Shown one piece after another: positions 61,536 through 64,000 of a stretch of DNA of 64,000 nt. This DNA is from Tricharina praecox (taxonomy: Eukaryota), in the NCBI RefSeq assembly GCF_024521635.1, contig NW_026250414.1:1-64000 (forward strand), in the 5' to 3' direction. Every line of letters starts with the position of its first letter. The stretch's first letter is position 1. The translations under genes were made by a program, and so were the position numbers. A model generated the notes under the pieces. It had not been told where the DNA came from. It was given only the letters and a program-made list of their open reading frames with translations, and ran no database searches.

Positions 61536-63290
61536 TGCAAGAAGGGACCACGCGTATCCTGAGCCTCATCATGAGCTGGGTGGTGCGTTCCTTCCTTTAA
61601 CCAATGATCCCGCTCAGCATGTCATCCCTCGTGTTTTTTTCCCTTTCTTTCCATAGACCTGTCTGTGGTGGCATCGATGGTGACGACGACGGGGATTGGA
61701 ACGTCGAGAGAAGCAGGCTCGGATCATGGTACGTCTTTGCTCCGTATCGCCCGCCCCGCTCTTCCCGTTCATTGGGGACAGCTGTAGTGGGTGAGGCTGG
61801 CCCCCAGCACTGTGGCATGCGCTGCGTGCAGATACGTCTGATACGTGGCGGCGAACTAGCGCGCACTTCCAGCTCACCAATTCGCGGAGTCGTGGTGGAT
61901 GTGGGAAGTGGTATTGGCTGCCGGTGTGGTTCATCCCGCTACGCCGACAAGGCTCGAGCAAGGTGCTTCAAGCTGAATCTTGAGTCTCCAAGAGTCCGAA
62001 GGGCGGAGGGCGGAGAGATGTGAATTGAGCTGTCCGAAACGATGGATTGAAAATACGGTACTAACTATATGCTGGAACAGAGAGAACTGCGGTCGTCCGA
62101 GAATCGGTACAGATCAGCGTCACCACCATCCCTTGAGTATTACGCAGAGCACTTACTTCACTCTCGGGTAGCCTGGCGGAGATGGAGGTGGGAGACAGGC
62201 TGGCACTACATAAGTCTTGCATCGGACCATCGGCTGAATACGAGGACATGTAACCAAAGAAGAAGCAAAAAAAAGATGCCGATGTATATAGGACCGATCA
62301 TCCTTCAGGAGCTTTAGTAAGTAACCCAAACATGAAGAATCAGCGTGGGGTATGTAATGCCATCCCCTCACGCATGAGGGGCTTTCGTGCTTGGCCGTCA
62401 ACCACCCGCCGCATCAAAGAGGCAAGCTGCAAACAGCAAACCGAACAGTGGATAGAACGGAGGAGGCTGGAGAAAGTGACGCAGCGGCAGTGAGAGCGCC
62501 TGCGACGTTGAGGGGAAGGCTTGGGTTACGAATACCGCATTCGTGATTTCAGCTCTATCCAAAGCTTCATCGTTGTTTGCAGACAGCCAATCCTCAGCTC
62601 GTTTGAACCCGGCCCACAGCTAGTAGTTATGCAGGTGCTCGTTGGCCGGAAATCCTAGAAGCACTTCAATTATACCCCACATATATAGCGTCTTTGCGTG
62701 ATCTCCTCGCCTCATACATATATAGAATAGAATTTTCCCACTCGCCCCGCTTCGGTGGACCCTGTTCCAAAGGCTTGTTGTGAAATGCGAGGGCTATATA
62801 TCTTGGTAATATGTATGAGGACGACTCGATCTGCGGGATTTCACAGCAAGGTTCGAGAGAACAGCTCCGTGCCTTCGACTGGAATGGCGGACATTCCCAT
62901 GATTCCCACTTGTATACACACGTGACCGCTTCGACCATTGTACTCTACACACGTGACGGCTTCAGCCATTGTACACAGCCGGTTCGGTTCGGACCGGGGG
63001 GGCTGGCGGACGGCTGGCTGAACAGTGGACCGCACCAACCACCAAAAAATATCATGCGGACCATACCGTCGGCGCGTCGCCTTCCTCCTGCAACAACCCA
63101 CATCCGGTGGTGCCGGGTTTCACCAACATCTGGCGGGCCCGAAGGCTTGGCTGTGTTGATCCCCGGAGACATGGTCCCAGGCGGGCCATATCTCCATTGA
63201 ATGCACATGACCACCCGCGCTATTCATGTCCATGCTGCTGATATTATTCTTCGCGTTCCCCGTCTCCTTCCTCGAGCTACAACATGAAAA

Positions 63291-64000
63291 ATGTAAGTCT
63301 ACCTCGTCCTCCAGCAGTCCAAATTGCCTAAAGCCGTCTAATATCTCCTCCCCGTCCACAAAGGCTACTCGCTCGCCTCGAAGCGCTCGGTCCGATCATC
63401 TCGACTCTCATATCAATATCGGGCACACCAGGCCTTAGTCTCGGCGTATTGCACCCATCCCTCCCTCCGTTGAACAGCTCACAGGAAGCGCACGTCTACA
63501 CCGCCAACTTCGGCTACCGCGACGTTTCGGCGCGCCAACCACCAACCGAGAACACGACGTACGTGATCGGGTCGCTGACGAAAGGCATAACCGCGGCGCT
63601 GCTTGGCCAACTCGTCGATGCCGACGCCGTGAGCTGGAGCACGCAGCTGCACACGCTGGTGCCATACACGCGCGATGCCGACGATCCCGCCGCGAACATC
63701 ACGCTCGAAGACCTGCTCAGCCACCGCTCGGGGCTGCCCGGCTACAATGCCTACTGGCTGCAGTCAGGGAATACTCCCGTGCTGCCGCGGAGGGAGGCCG
63801 TGCGGATCCTGAGCGCTGTGCCCGCCGCGGCACCGGTGCGCACCGCATTTGTGTACAACAATCTCGCCTACGAGGTCGCGGGCCAGGTGCTCGAGCGACT
63901 GGCCGGGGCGCCGTACGCGAAGGTGTTGGCGCGAGTGACGGACGCGTTGGGAATGCGCAATACGTGGTTGGGTGAAGACCTCGGACGGCATGTCGACACA
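63291..64000 (+). CDS. Beta-lactamase/PBP-fold serine hydrolase, runs off the window
   Basis: GTPGLSLGVLH, FGYRDV, IGSLTK (SxxK), LLSHRSG, YNN (YxN). The ORF track misses it; the start may be split by a GTAAGT intron (63293-63363). Confidence 0.85.

Noticed and set aside
61300-62400. Amyloid signalling motif or HeLo/gasdermin partner next to the NLR
   Set aside because: No N/Q/G-rich pseudo-repeat at the NLR N-terminus and no recognisable effector ORF in the flanks.
54376-64000. Secondary-metabolite cluster (AsaB-like oxygenase plus beta-lactamase-fold hydrolase)
   Set aside because: No backbone synthase in the window and the two genes are separated by unrelated genes. This cannot be excluded beyond the window edge.

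Overview
Intron-containing genomic DNA of a filamentous ascomycete (GT..CTRAC..AG introns; Pezizomycotina is an inference). Conserved genes alternate with repeat-rich accessory stretches. Recognisable genes: SDH5/EMI5, tRNA-Cys(GCA), an LSB1/PIN3-type SH3 protein, a JEN1-type carboxylate transporter, MSH5, an NmrA-like reductase, an AsaB/CmcJ-like oxygenase, a fungal NLR (N-terminal helical domain, NB-ARC, TPR), a beta-lactamase-fold serine hydrolase cut by the window end, F-box genes and a small secreted 6-Cys protein. Main observations not shown by the ORF track: (1) a spliced 552-aa gene at 23590-25423 joining a divergent SRF/Mcm1-type MADS box to a flagelliform-silk-like (GPGxY)n tail; (2) a small basic-protein gene split at an 11-bp duplication, its halves 10.7 kb apart, with LINE-derived ends and gene/MITE cargo between them; (3) a three-copy module with a small acidic-protein ORF always directly behind a LINE A-rich tail; (4) two different hAT-type MITEs with 8-bp TSDs; (5) recurrent CAA/CAG to TAA/TAG nonsense changes suggesting RIP-like mutation. 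All calls come from manual reading; no searches were run.
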